DNA from: an uncultured Chloroflexia bacterium
Lineage (GTDB): Bacteria > Chloroflexota > Anaerolineae > Caldilineales > Caldilineaceae
Direction of reading: 5' to 3'
Length of the DNA: 64,000 nt
Assembly: GCA_963821815.1 (NCBI GenBank)
Contig: CAWGFG010000005.1
Coordinates: forward strand, 26,956-90,955
A model generated the notes under the pieces. It saw only the letters and a list, made by a program, of their open reading frames with translations, was not told where the DNA came from and ran no database searches. Both the position numbers and the translations under genes were made by a program. Of the stretch, positions 9,509 to 20,099 are shown piece by piece. Within the stretch, counting starts at the first letter, position 1. Each line of letters opens with the position of its first letter.

Positions 9509-10747
9509 ATGACGTCAACAACTGTTTCTGCAATAAGCACTGCGGATGTCCGGTACCGCCTCAAACCAGGCGAGGGAACGGATGCTATCCATTCCGATCC
9601 GGTCTATTCCTATTCTGTCGCTATCCTAGAGAGTGACTCTGGCCTACGCGGAATCGGTATTGCGTTTACGTTGGGTGCAGGAAACGACCTGGTCTGCAAG
9701 TTAATCGAAGAGCTTGCTGAACCCCTGATTGGCGTTGAAATTGAATCGTTAATGGCAGCGTTCGGCGCCGTCTTCCGTCGCATCGCTGACCACCCGCAAT
9801 ACCGTTGGCTGGGCCCTCACAAAGGTATGGTGCACCTGGCGCTGGCCTCTATTACCAATGCCTGCTTCGACTTATGGGCCAAGTCACGAGCCGTTCCACT
9901 ATGGCGATTGTTGCTGGACCTGTCGCCGCAACAGGTAGTCTCTCTACTCGATCTCAGCTATCTGGAGGACGTCCTGCTGCCGTCACAGGCGCTGATGATT
10001 CTTGAAAAACAAGCGGAGAAACGCGCCGACCGGATGGCCATCCTGGATCGTGGCTATCCTGGCTACGATACATCCATTGGATGGTTCGCCTATTCAGACG
10101 AGCAGATTCAGGACAATATCCGTCGCGCCGTGGATGCCGGCTTTACGGCAATGAAGCTGAAGGTAGGCGCGTCGGATGCGGAACGAGATATCCGCCGCGC
10201 CTATCTTGTGCGCGAAGCTGCTGGCGATGACGCCCGCATCATGCTTGATTGCAACCAGCAGTGGACCTTACCCCAGGCTATCCAAGCCAGTCTGCAACTA
10301 GCGGATATGTCGCCCTTCTGGATCGAGGAGCCGACCCATCCGGACGATGTTCTGGCGCATCAAACACTGGCGCGGGCCATAGCCCCTACCCGTATCGCAC
10401 TCGGTGAGCATGTACCAAACCGTGTTCTCTTTAAAAATTTCATCCAGGCGGGAGCGGTGCATTTCGTGCAAGCAGACTGTACGCGTGTGGGCGGCGTGAG
10501 CGAGTTTCTGACTGTCAGCCTGCTGGCACGGCAATTTGGTTTAGCCGTCGTCCCGCATGTGGGCGATATGGGGCAGATTCATCAACATCTGGTCCTCTTC
10601 AACCATATCGCATTAGGGCACGAGGACATCTTCCTTGAGTACATTCCACATCTGCGAGACCATTTTGTCCATCCGGCGGAAGTGGAGGATGGCGTCTATC
10701 GTACGCCTCAGGAGCCGGGCAGCAGTTGTGACCTACTAGACGTATAG
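9509..10747 (+). CDS. enolase-superfamily acid-sugar dehydratase, L-fuconate dehydratase-like
   Basis: 412 aa. N-terminus resembles FucD (DVRYRL..GTDAIHSDPVYSYSV). Mandelate racemase/muconate lactonizing enzyme barrel motifs: KLKVG, LDCNQQW, IEEP, ALGEH. Confidence 0.75.
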   Translation: MTSTTVSAISTADVRYRLKPGEGTDAIHSDPVYSYSVAILESDSGLRGIGIAFTLGAGNDLVCKLIEELAEPLIGVEIESLMAAFGAVFRRIADHPQYRWLGPHKGMVHLALASITNACFDLWAKSRAVPLWRLLLDLSPQQVVSLLDLSYLEDVLLPSQALMILEKQAEKRADRMAILDRGYPGYDTSIGWFAYSDEQIQDNIRRAVDAGFTAMKLKVGASDAERDIRRAYLVREAAGDDARIMLDCNQQWTLPQAIQASLQLADMSPFWIEEPTHPDDVLAHQTLARAIAPTRIALGEHVPNRVLFKNFIQAGAVHFVQADCTRVGGVSEFLTVSLLARQFGLAVVPHVGDMGQIHQHLVLFNHIALGHEDIFLEYIPHLRDHFVHPAEVEDGVYRTPQEPGSSCDLLDV

Positions 10748-10823
10748 TAAAAGGTACAGTAAATTTGCCGACACAGTAGGATCATGACTAGAGGCAACAT
10801 CGACATGCAACGATTCCGGTAAG

Positions 10824-11129
10824 GTGATCAGGATCAAGCCGGAAAGACTCGAAGCGTACAAGGCGCTGCCCGCCGATCCGTGGCCCGATGTGCTGACCAA
10901 GATCACTGACTGTAACATTCGCAACTATTTGATCTACATCCAGGACGTTTATCTGTTCAGCTACTTCGAGTATGTGGGCGACGGCTATAGCGCCGACATG
11001 ACAAAGATGGCGGCCGATCCGGTAACGCAGAAACGGTGGAAGCTGACCGATCCATGCCAGGAGCCTCTTAATACTCGAGCCCCTGGTGAACGGTGGGCGA
11101 ATATGGAGGAAGTCTTCCACCACGACTAA
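10824..11129 (+). CDS. L-rhamnose/L-fucose mutarotase family protein
   Basis: IKPERLEAYK...WPDVL..NY.IY...LFSYFEYVGD..ADM.KMAADP..QKWW...EEVFHHD. GTG start. An out-of-frame ATG (MQRFR*) 19 nt upstream looks like the original N-terminus. Confidence 0.75.
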   Translation: MIRIKPERLEAYKALPADPWPDVLTKITDCNIRNYLIYIQDVYLFSYFEYVGDGYSADMTKMAADPVTQKRWKLTDPCQEPLNTRAPGERWANMEEVFHHD

Positions 11130-11520
11130 TCACCACTCAGCGAAACAACTTTCTAGCGGCTCCGATCAGGGATGGTTCAGGCATTTTCCTGGGAAGCTAG
11201 ATGAAGTCACTAACAGTTGTGCGGCATGGTGAAACAAGGTCAACATACCCATGATCTCTCTCAGACACAGTCGACCGGAGCGGCGATGACTGCGACGAAC
11301 GGCGGTATGTTGATAGCGCTGCCGCTAGACTTTAGCGTGTTGGCTGCACTCATCGACATCGAAGAGTATTTAGACTCTACTCATCGCGGAACTTCTTGTT
11401 GGCTGGATGCTTAGGTCGGCGAAGCCAGACGTAGCCAACAGGGAGTCCCTCTTCTATTAACGACAGCATGTACAGTTTAAAGGTTTGAAAATAAACCGTC
11501 TCGAAAACCGCTGCGCTCTC

Positions 11521-11835
11521 GTACTCCGCCTTGTCAAAGGGGATGAGAAATGGCACGCTCTCCTGGCTCCCCGTTCGTTCCACTACTGTCAACTGGTCCA
11601 TTATCACACCAAAATGACGGTGAAACACATACGACATTCTGTCTACGAAATCAACGATCCCTTCGATTGGGTTCCGCTCTACCGGCGCCCTGCTCCGGTT
11701 GACGGTACAGCGTCTCAACGGGTTGAGTTGCTGCAAGAAAAGAGTTACGAACTTGATGGTGAGAGTTTGCTTGTGAGCGTACTGCCAGACCCCATTCACC
11801 TGTTCACTCAACGCGGTCAGAGCAGGTACGACTGA
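11521..11835 (+). mobile_element. IS200/IS605 stump: partial left-end-like motif plus truncated, degenerate tnpA
   Basis: 11521..11613 aligns to 38281..38373. The ORF from ATG 11614 (MTVKHIRHSVYEINDPFDWVPLYRRP...) parallels TnpA at 38374, but the HUH motif is PIHL and the frame ends after about 73 aa. Confidence 0.75.
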
Positions 11836-12439
11836 ATACCATCATGAAGTTTCGGCTGCAGCACACATGACATTGGTCGATTAAACGGATTCGGCCAGGA
11901 GGGACACTCGAAATCTACTTGACAATGCACAAACTGGCTGACCGGTTGCACGTCCCTTACCGAAGCGCCTATTGATTAATTTTCCCAGATATCATCCCGC
12001 CAGACGAACGCTCACACTTAGGTGATCCGGCCTACATGATGCGCGACGATGCAGAGTTGCTGCAGGTTCTGGAAGCGAATGTCAGAGAACGCAAGTGGAA
12101 CCGAGACACAGCAAAGCCAGCAGAAACGTGTTCGCTCAGGCAGGCAGAAACATGCGTAGGTCAACACTACCTAGCCGTAGCCATAGGTGTAGCGGCTATG
12201 AGAAGGGCTGCATCGAGGAAACGAATCCGCGCGCCAAGAAGTAGCCGGTTCCTGGTGAGTTTTGGCTCGTGCGAGTTCAGAACAGAGGCTGGAGCCGTCT
12301 GTGTACGGACTATGAAGCGGCCCACTTGCTGTGTTTCAAGATCGGTGGGAACGAACGCGGATGGAGAGAAGCGACTGCGTCAAGCGCGCAGTGTTCTCTC
12401 CTTCCGCTTCTAGTGTGAGGCGTCAGATACGGCGAGTGT

Positions 12440-15400
12440 TTATCGCCCGATAGAGGGCAGATACTGCTCGCTGTCCAAGCCGTTCATGGGCACGCTGCCC
12501 CTACTGACGCTCGTCTTTGCCGCCTGTATCGCAGGAGCAGATTGCACGGCAGGCAGGTAGACCGCAGGGTCCACGCTGGCGTCCATCTTTGCCACCGCAA
12601 TCGGCGTCACTGTCTCTGTGCTATCCTTCTGCACCGTTATCGTTACCGGGAGCGGGCTCGGGTAGCCGTTGGCTATCACAGTCAGGATGTACGTGCCTGC
12701 TGGAACGTCGCTAAAGGCATACCCGCCGTCAACGTCGGTAGTCGCTGGGTTTGTGAAGGCGGCGGCGCTCACTTGGTCTAGTGTGATACTCGCTCCTTGT
12801 ACGCCCTCACTGCCGTCGGATGTGCCGTTGTTGTTCAGATCCTCAAAGACGATTCCGGCAACGCTTCCGGTCTCTATCTCGATAACCTGCGCATCCACTT
12901 CCACCTGGAACGTGCTTGCGCCACTATCGTCACCGTCGTCCACCGTCACCTTAACCGTATAGCCACCCAGCGAAGCAAATATATGTGACTTGTCCGGCAA
13001 AGTACCGGTCGCATCCTGGCTAAAGGATGTGGTCGCGCCGCCATCGCCCCAGTCGACCGTCACTTGCCACGGCTCATCAGCGCCTGGGTCGCTGAAAGTG
13101 CCCAGGGTAAAGGACTTCTGCACACTCGCCGTGGCAGTCTGATTGGACGTGGCGGTGACCAAAGGCGCTTCATCGGCAACGGATGCCGTGAAGGCGGCGC
13201 TGCCCGCATCGCCGTCCTTATCGGTGACCGTCACGGTCACGTCATAGTCGCCGCTCTTGGCATAGCTATGCGTCTGGTCCGGCAGGCTGCCCTGGGCATT
13301 CAGGCTGAAGTTCGTTTCCGCACTGCCATCCCCCCAGTCGACCGCCACCTGCCACGGGTTATCGTTGACGCCAGCGTCCGTGAAGCTGCCCAGGCTGAAC
13401 TCTTTTGCAGTCCCTTCCGACGCACTCTGAACGGCAGCAGGCGTCACGATCGGCGCCAGGTTGCCAACCGTCACGGGCGATGTTCCCGTACCGGTTATTC
13501 CGCCAGAATCTGTCACCATCAGGTGCACAGTGAAGCTGCCGCTGTCTAGGTAAAGACATGAATCGCCGGTGGGTGCGGTTGAGGTTATCTCGAAGTTGGC
13601 GTCATCACGGCAGTCCCAGGCGTAACCCGTCAGACCGCCGAATCCACTGGAGCCGCTGCCATCCAGGGAAATCGAAGAGCCCTCATTCGTGGCATACGGT
13701 CCGCCGGCATCAGCCGAGGGTAGGACGGCTTGGCTGTTTACCTCGTAGGCACCCAGATCCACCACATTGACGCCGTTGTTGGCAAGAACCGTTACATCGA
13801 AGAGGCGATCCAGGCCATCCAGATCGCTGGTGGTGCCCGCGGGGACGAGGGTGTCATCGCCAGCGTCGATTGCAGACGAATATTGACGCAGATGCAGGTC
13901 ACCCAGATCGCCTGTGGTTCGGTCCGCATTGCGCACAAAGCTCGGGTCCGTTTGGATGCCGCCCAATGCACCGTCCTGAATGATGCTGCGTTCCACGCTG
14001 GTAGCGCCAGTGGCAACCACTTGGGTAGTGGTGTTGGCCCACAGGATGCTATTGGCCATGTCGAGCGAGCCGGTAGCGTAGGCAGCGCCACCTCCGCTGC
14101 TGCCCTGATTGGCGACTAGCGTGCTGTTGATCAACTGAAACGGACTGCCGCTGGAGAAAATGCCGCCGCCCCAGACAGCCGTGTTGCTGACGATCAGGCT
14201 GTTGATTACAGACAGTGAACCGGCTGCATTCAGGCCGCCGCCGGCGTTATTCGCGCTTTCATTGTTCTGGATACGGCTGTCGACAATTGTGGTTGCACCC
14301 ATGGCGCGCAGCCCACCACCTTCTTGACTCGCCGTATTGCCGAGCACGCGCGTGTCTGTCATGGCCAGCGTCGCATTGGCGTATAGACCGGCTCCACCAC
14401 CCGTAGCAGTGCTCTCGTTGTGCTCGATGCGGCTGCTTGCGACTGTCGCTGCGCCATGCGCGTATACGCCGCCGCCTTTGTACGGAGCCGAGTTACTGAG
14501 AACATCCGTCCCGGTCATATCCAGCGTTGAGTTCGTGTTCAGCGCGCCGCCATTGCTGCTTATGCTTTGATTATTCTCAAAGCGACTGCCGGCGACCGTC
14601 ACCGTATCCAACGCGAACAACCCACCCCCATCTCGATCCGCCGTATTGCTGAGGATTTGCGTGCCCAATATATCCATCGTCGAATTGCCGTACAGGCCGC
14701 CACCCTTGCTGCTTTCACTCGTATTGTTCACGAAGTAGCTTTCGACGAGTGTCACCGCATCGGTTGCGAATACTCCGCCGCCTGAATACTTGGCCGAGTT
14801 GCTGATGACGTGCGTATCTGTCATGGCCAGCGTCGCATTGGCGTTGAGCCCGCCGCCGTTACCGTTCGTGCTCGTATTGTTTTCAACGCGGCTGCCGGTG
14901 ACTGTCGCAGCAAGCGTCACAAGTGCGCCACCACCAGAGGCGGATGTTGTGTTGCTAAGAATGAGCGTGTCGGTCATGAACAGCGTCGAACCCAGGTACA
15001 AGCCACCGCCGCCATACGCACCTGTACTCGCGTTGTTCTCGATGCGGCTGCTGGCAATAGTCGCTGCGCCGTCCACTCGCATCCCACCGCCGTTATTGTC
15101 CGCTGTGTTCTGTGAAACGTCCGTGCCGATCATGGACAACGTCGAGTTGGTCCAAAGACCGCCGCCGTCGGCATAGCCAACGCCGTTGCTATCATTGCCC
15201 TCAATACGGCTGTTCACGACGGTCAAAGGACCGAATGCAAACAGACCGCCGCCGGAAGCTTGCGCTGTGTTGCCGAGGATGTCGCTTTCGGTTAGGTCCA
15301 GTGCGGACAAGGTGTATATGCCGCCTCCGCTGTTGGTTTTGCTCTCGTTGTTGTTGACATGGCTGTTGACGACAGTCAAAGCGCCGAATGTATACAAACC

Positions 15401-17435
15401 GCCGCCGGTATGCTGCGATGTGTTGCTGAGAAATGTCTGTACCCATCACCGTCAGCGTATTATTGACATACAGACCGCCACCGCTGATGGTTGTGCTCGT
15501 GTTGTTCTCAACGCGGCTGTTGACGACAGTTGAGGCGCCTGTCACAAACGCACCGCCGCCGTTGGTAGCGGTGTTGTTCAGCACGTTCGTATCTGTCATG
15601 GCCAGCGTATATGCGGCGTATAGACCACCGCCGCTGCTGTTTCTGCTCTCGTTGCGTTCGATGTCGCTGTTGACCACCGTCGCAATGCTTCCCACATAGA
15701 CGCCGCCGCCGGAATTATTCGAAGTATTGCTCAGAATACTTGTGCCTGTTAGCTCGAGCACCTGATTGGCGTATAGACCGCCTCCGCTTCTGGTTAGGCT
15801 CTCATTGCGCTCAATGCGGCCACCGTTGAACGTGGCTGGACCGAACACATTCACACCGCCGCCGTCGACCATCGACCTGTTGCCGAGATACTCCGTGTTC
15901 GTACTGACCAGCGATGCATTGGTGAATAGACCGCCGCCGGCGCTGGCTGTACTCTGATTGTTTTCGAAGCGGCTGTTGTCGACCGAAGCGTCATAGAACA
16001 CGAATACCCCGCCGCCGGCGCCTGACGCCGTGTTGCTTAGGATGTCGGTGTCCGTCATATTCAACGAAGCCTCGGCGAATAGAGCGCCGCCGCTACCGCT
16101 TGTTGCGCTATTGCGCTCGAAGTTGCTGATGGAGATCGACGACGCTCCTTTGGCATTTACCCCGCCGCCTTGAGCTGTAGCCGTATTGCTGATGACCTGT
16201 GTGTTGATCATGGCGAGCGTTGCGTTTGCGTACAAACCACCGCCCGTAACGGTCGTCCTGCCATTGTTTTCGAATCTGCTATTGATGACTGTGGTTGCAC
16301 CGGTAGCATAGACGCCGCCGCCGAAAACCAGCGCCGTGTTGCTGATCAACTCTGTGCCCGTCATATACAGTGTGGAATTAGCGTAGAAACCGCCGCCAAA
16401 TGCAGAGGTTGTCACCTCATTATTCTCGATACGGCTATTGCTTACCGTCGCCGCGTTGAACGCAAACACACCACCGCCATAAGAAGCCGATGTATTACTG
16501 ATGATGAACGTATCGGTCATGGCCAGCATACCTGCGAACAGACCGCCACCGCTTCCCGCACTTTGATTCTCTGCGAAACGGCTGTTGATAACGGTTGCAT
16601 CATCCGCATACATGCCGCCGCCACCGCCGCCGGTCGTGTTCTTGTTTCTGACAAAGTGACTGTCCACGACCCTGGTTGCGCCAAACGCAAACAACCCGCC
16701 GCCGAATTGGGTCGCCGTATTGCTGATCACGTGGGTTCCGGTCATCTCCAGCGTTGTAAAGGCATACAGACCGCCGCCGGCACTTGACGGACTGGTGCTC
16801 GCATTGTTTTCCAAGCGACTGTTAACGATAATGGCTGCCGCTTTCGCATAGATTCCAGCGCCATAGGGCGCCGTATTGCTGAGAATGTGCGTGCCCGTCA
16901 TCTCCAGCGTCGAATTAGCCCAGACTCCTCCGCCACACCCGTTGCCAGGACATATGGCGCCAACTACTCCTGTGGTTCCGTTCTGAACGATAAGGTTTTC
17001 CAGCGTGAGCGGGGATGTGGCAAAGACAACGCGTCCTGCCGAGGTTGCATCCAGCACAGTCGGATTCGCTGTTGGATGGGAGACGGACCAGTTTATGGTT
17101 GTGTAGCCGCCGCGCAGCGTCACAGGGGCGTTGACGTAGACGGTCTGGCTGCTGCCGAAAAGGGGTTGCACTCCCGCACACGTACCTGCGATCAGGACTG
17201 TGCCGCCGCCCACCCCTAGAGAATCTACCGCAGTCTGTACGGGAGTAAAGGTGCTGCTTGCGTAGACGGTTGTTCCGCTGTCTGGCGTAGCGAAGCAGAT
17301 GTCGGTCGGTGCAGCCATTGCACTGCGAGTGGTTCTACCGATACCGAAGAGAAGAAGGAAGATAGCTACACCGGCAAAGATCAATGGCATGACAAAACTG
17401 AGACGACGACCGATTTCAGGCATTTGCCCTCGCAA
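12440..17435 (-). pseudogene. Giant secreted parallel beta-helix (Pmp-type repeat) / PKD / Cna-B-like surface protein, about 1,665 aa, split by one frameshift
   Basis: ORFs 15201..17435 (signal/TM peptide plus about 39-aa GGG..SNT..NS repeats) and 12440..15397 (more repeats, DPxF..GD.HL...SPAIDAGD..DLDG..GAYE cap, 3 PKD-like domains, C-terminal Cna-B/CarboxypepD_reg-like domain). They join if one T is removed at 15431-15433. Confidence 0.85.
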
Positions 17436-17856
17436 GCTCGACTTGGCCGTCAGTCAGCGTGACAATCACGCGGAATATAGTATGCCAAATGGTCTGCAAG
17501 CATAAGCGATAAAGGGTTTGACCACAATCAGAGGATATGGGGGCTATTTCGCCATGAAGCCTACGCGTGGTGAAACGTTCGTACGCCAAGGGCTGACGGT
17601 GGTCAGGGAATCGGCGCAACCACAAGTGAAATGAGGAGGTTCGGCAGAGAAGCGGACGCTGCGTGTGCGGTGGGGAAACGAGCGCTCGGTCATCGGGATG
17701 CTCTTGCACGGGTTACCGTATGCCGTTGCACGCGCGTACCCATTTTGCTTCTGGTGTAAAGAGCTATTCCCTTGTTACCAATCTAATACTACAGTTGTAG
17801 ATATGATAAATGACCTTCACTCAGGCCAATGCAGTAGGCAGAGGAAGAACAAATTG

Positions 17857-19169
17857 ATGGATGTGACAGCATGGGCGCATGAACTGGCCTGCGTGATGGA
17901 ACGGATCGGGCGGCGCTTAGTGCGGTCTGAGGCCGCCAGCGAGCGCACCAGTATCTACAGGGATTGCTGAGTCCGGCGGAACGCAAGAACGGCTGGCAAC
18001 TGGCGGAAACGGTCGGCGAACGAGTCCGCACGGTATCCAGCAGTTTCTCTACGCCGGGCGTGGGACGCGGATCGCCGTGGGACGACCTGCGCCCCTACGT
18101 CGTGGAGCACCTGGGCGATGCCAAAGCCGTGCTCGTGGTCGACGAGACGGGCTTCCTCAAGAAGGGCGCCAGTCGGTCGGGGTGCAGCGCCAGTACAGCG
18201 GCACCGCGGGCCGGATCGAGAACTGCCAGATCGGGGTCTTCCTGGCCTACGCCAGTGCGCAGGGCGGGCCGTCCTGATGACCGTGCACTCTATTTGCCGA
18301 TAAGTTGGGTCGACGACCGCCCCCGCTGTCGCCAGACGCATATCCCTGATGAGGTAGCCTTAGCCACCAAGCCACAAATGGCGCTGCAGATGCTTGAGTA
18401 GGCGGTGGCGCATGAAGTCCCCTTCGGCTGGGTGACGGGTGACAGCGTGTACGGCGACTATCGGCGAATCCGGCTGTGGCTGGAAATGTTGCCCAAGCGC
18501 TATGTGCTGGCCGGGAGCCCGCTGGCGGGCGCGGCCAAGGAGTACGTCTGGATAGACTTTCAGCAAGAGCGTGTGGGCGACGTGCTGGCGCAGTTGCCCG
18601 CTGATCACTGGGTGCGGCTGAGTGCCGGGGATGTGGCTAAAGGGCCGCGCCTCTATGAGTGGCAACGCATCCCGATCATTGCCACGCTGACGGAGGGCTG
18701 GCAACGCTGGCTCCTGGTGCGGCCCAACCTGGATGACGCTACCGACCTGGCCGCCTTTGTCTGCTTCGCGCCGGCCGCAACGCCGCTGGAGAAACTGGTG
18801 CAGGCGGCGGGCAGTCGCCGGCATATCGAGACCGCCTTTGAAGAAGCCAAGGGTGAAGTGTGGTTGGACCCTTATGAGGTACGTTCCTTTGTCGGCTGGT
18901 ATCGCCACATTACACTCGCCTGTCTCGCCCATGCGTTGCTGGTGGTGGTACGGACCAAAGCGAGTGCCTCACGGCCATCCGTTGCCGCAACAGCGCCAAA
19001 AAAAGGGCCGGAACCACCTCCGCCAGCTGCCGGGCAGCCTAGCGGCGTTCAAGGCTCGCCGTGGTCTCTTCTCCGTCTGAGTGTGGCCTTTGTACCTAAG
19101 GAAAGTGCACGACTCCGGCAATATTCTCCTAGCAGTAAGTGGATTATATCCCCTGTCAACACAGTTTAG
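17857..19169 (+). pseudogene. IS701-family DDE transposase, multiple frameshifts
   Basis: Pieces lie in three frames: [15 protein letters not shown]; [27 protein letters not shown]; FGWVTGDSVYG...RRHIETAFEEAKGEVWLDPYEVRSFVGWYRHITLACLAHA. Confidence 0.8.
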
Positions 19170-19170
19170 G

Positions 19171-19614
19171 GTGACCTGGGATGGCATTGTATACGCCAAG
19201 GGCTACAGTCTTCAGTCTGCAGATTACGCTGAACACTTACCTGCTTCAGGCGATGCTGAACCCGGGGAAGTAGTTGCACTGAATGCAGAAGGCAACTTGC
19301 AACGTAGTAGCGAACCCTACCAGTCCACTGTAGCCGGTATCTATTCGGCTAATCCCGGGCTTCTTGGCGGCGCAGACATAGATGGTTCAACTGACGGTAA
19401 GATACCGCTCGCCATCGTGGGTGTGGTTCCTGTGAAGGTTAGTGCAGAGAACGGCGCCATTGCACCAGGTGATCTGCTTACCAGCGCATCACTGCCAGGT
19501 CACGCCATGCGTTGCGACGAGGATGACCCCTGCTTCGGTAGAACCATTGGCAAGGCGATGCAATCGCATGCTGAGGGGACAGGCATGATCCAGATACTCG
19601 TCTCGCTACAGTAG
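19171..19614 (+). pseudogene. C-terminal fragment of a fibre/adhesin-type protein, 5'-truncated at the IS701 end
   Basis: SADYAEHLP..EPGEVVAL....VAGIYSANPGLLGG...IPLAIVGVVPVKV...IAPGDLLTSASLPGHAM. The coding signal starts exactly where IS701 homology stops. Confidence 0.45.
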
Positions 19615-19662
19615 GCAGGCGACACAGACAAAACCGAAGAGACGGAAAGGACTCAAGGCTGG

Positions 19663-19980
19663 TTGAGGAGGGCTGAAGCTGTGGGAACAAGATATCGCGA
19701 TTCGTTGCCTTTGGCACTTGCAATCCTCTTAATCGCCGCGATCGCGGCGATTAAGAGTGTGATCGGGCAGAGTTCAGATAGCTACGACCTATGGTGGAAT
19801 TCCATTAACGCAGGAGGCAGCATCGCGGCGCATTCGACCTCGTATCGGCTGAACGCGAGCACAGGTCAAGCAATGAGCAGTGGCGCTGCGTCAACTAGTG
19901 ACAGCTATGAGTTAGTCAGCGGCTTCTTCTGGACTGTGAAGGACGATAACAGCGTCTTTGTGCCAAGGGTAACACGGTAG
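19663..19980 (+). CDS. small secreted hypothetical protein
   Basis: N-terminal hydrophobic signal/anchor (LPLALAILLIAAIAAI). Repeated S-x-SY-x-L motifs (SDSYDLW, STSYRLN, SDSYELV). Confidence 0.4.
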   Translation: MRRAEAVGTRYRDSLPLALAILLIAAIAAIKSVIGQSSDSYDLWWNSINAGGSIAAHSTSYRLNASTGQAMSSGAASTSDSYELVSGFFWTVKDDNSVFVPRVTR

Positions 19981-20099
19981 GGCGACTGTTGTGTTACCCG
20001 ATCTGAAGGTTGCCAGCTTCCAGCATATCGCAAAGTACAAACAGACTTATGAGGCAAAGTTGTGCACCAACCTACGGGGTTCTCTGGCGGAACCAGCGA

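Noticed and set aside
15425-15440. Phase-variable slipped-strand switch controlling the adhesin
   Set aside because: The run is only three bases (T3 on the coding strand), far shorter than the tracts that mediate phase variation. An error or a simple mutation is more likely.
12517-17219. Many 60-205-aa ORFs on the plus strand across the adhesin gene (e.g. 13064..13549, 16170..16787)
   Set aside because: These are antisense shadow ORFs of a long, GC-rich, repetitive minus-strand gene. Their products are Arg/Ala/Pro-rich and low in complexity.
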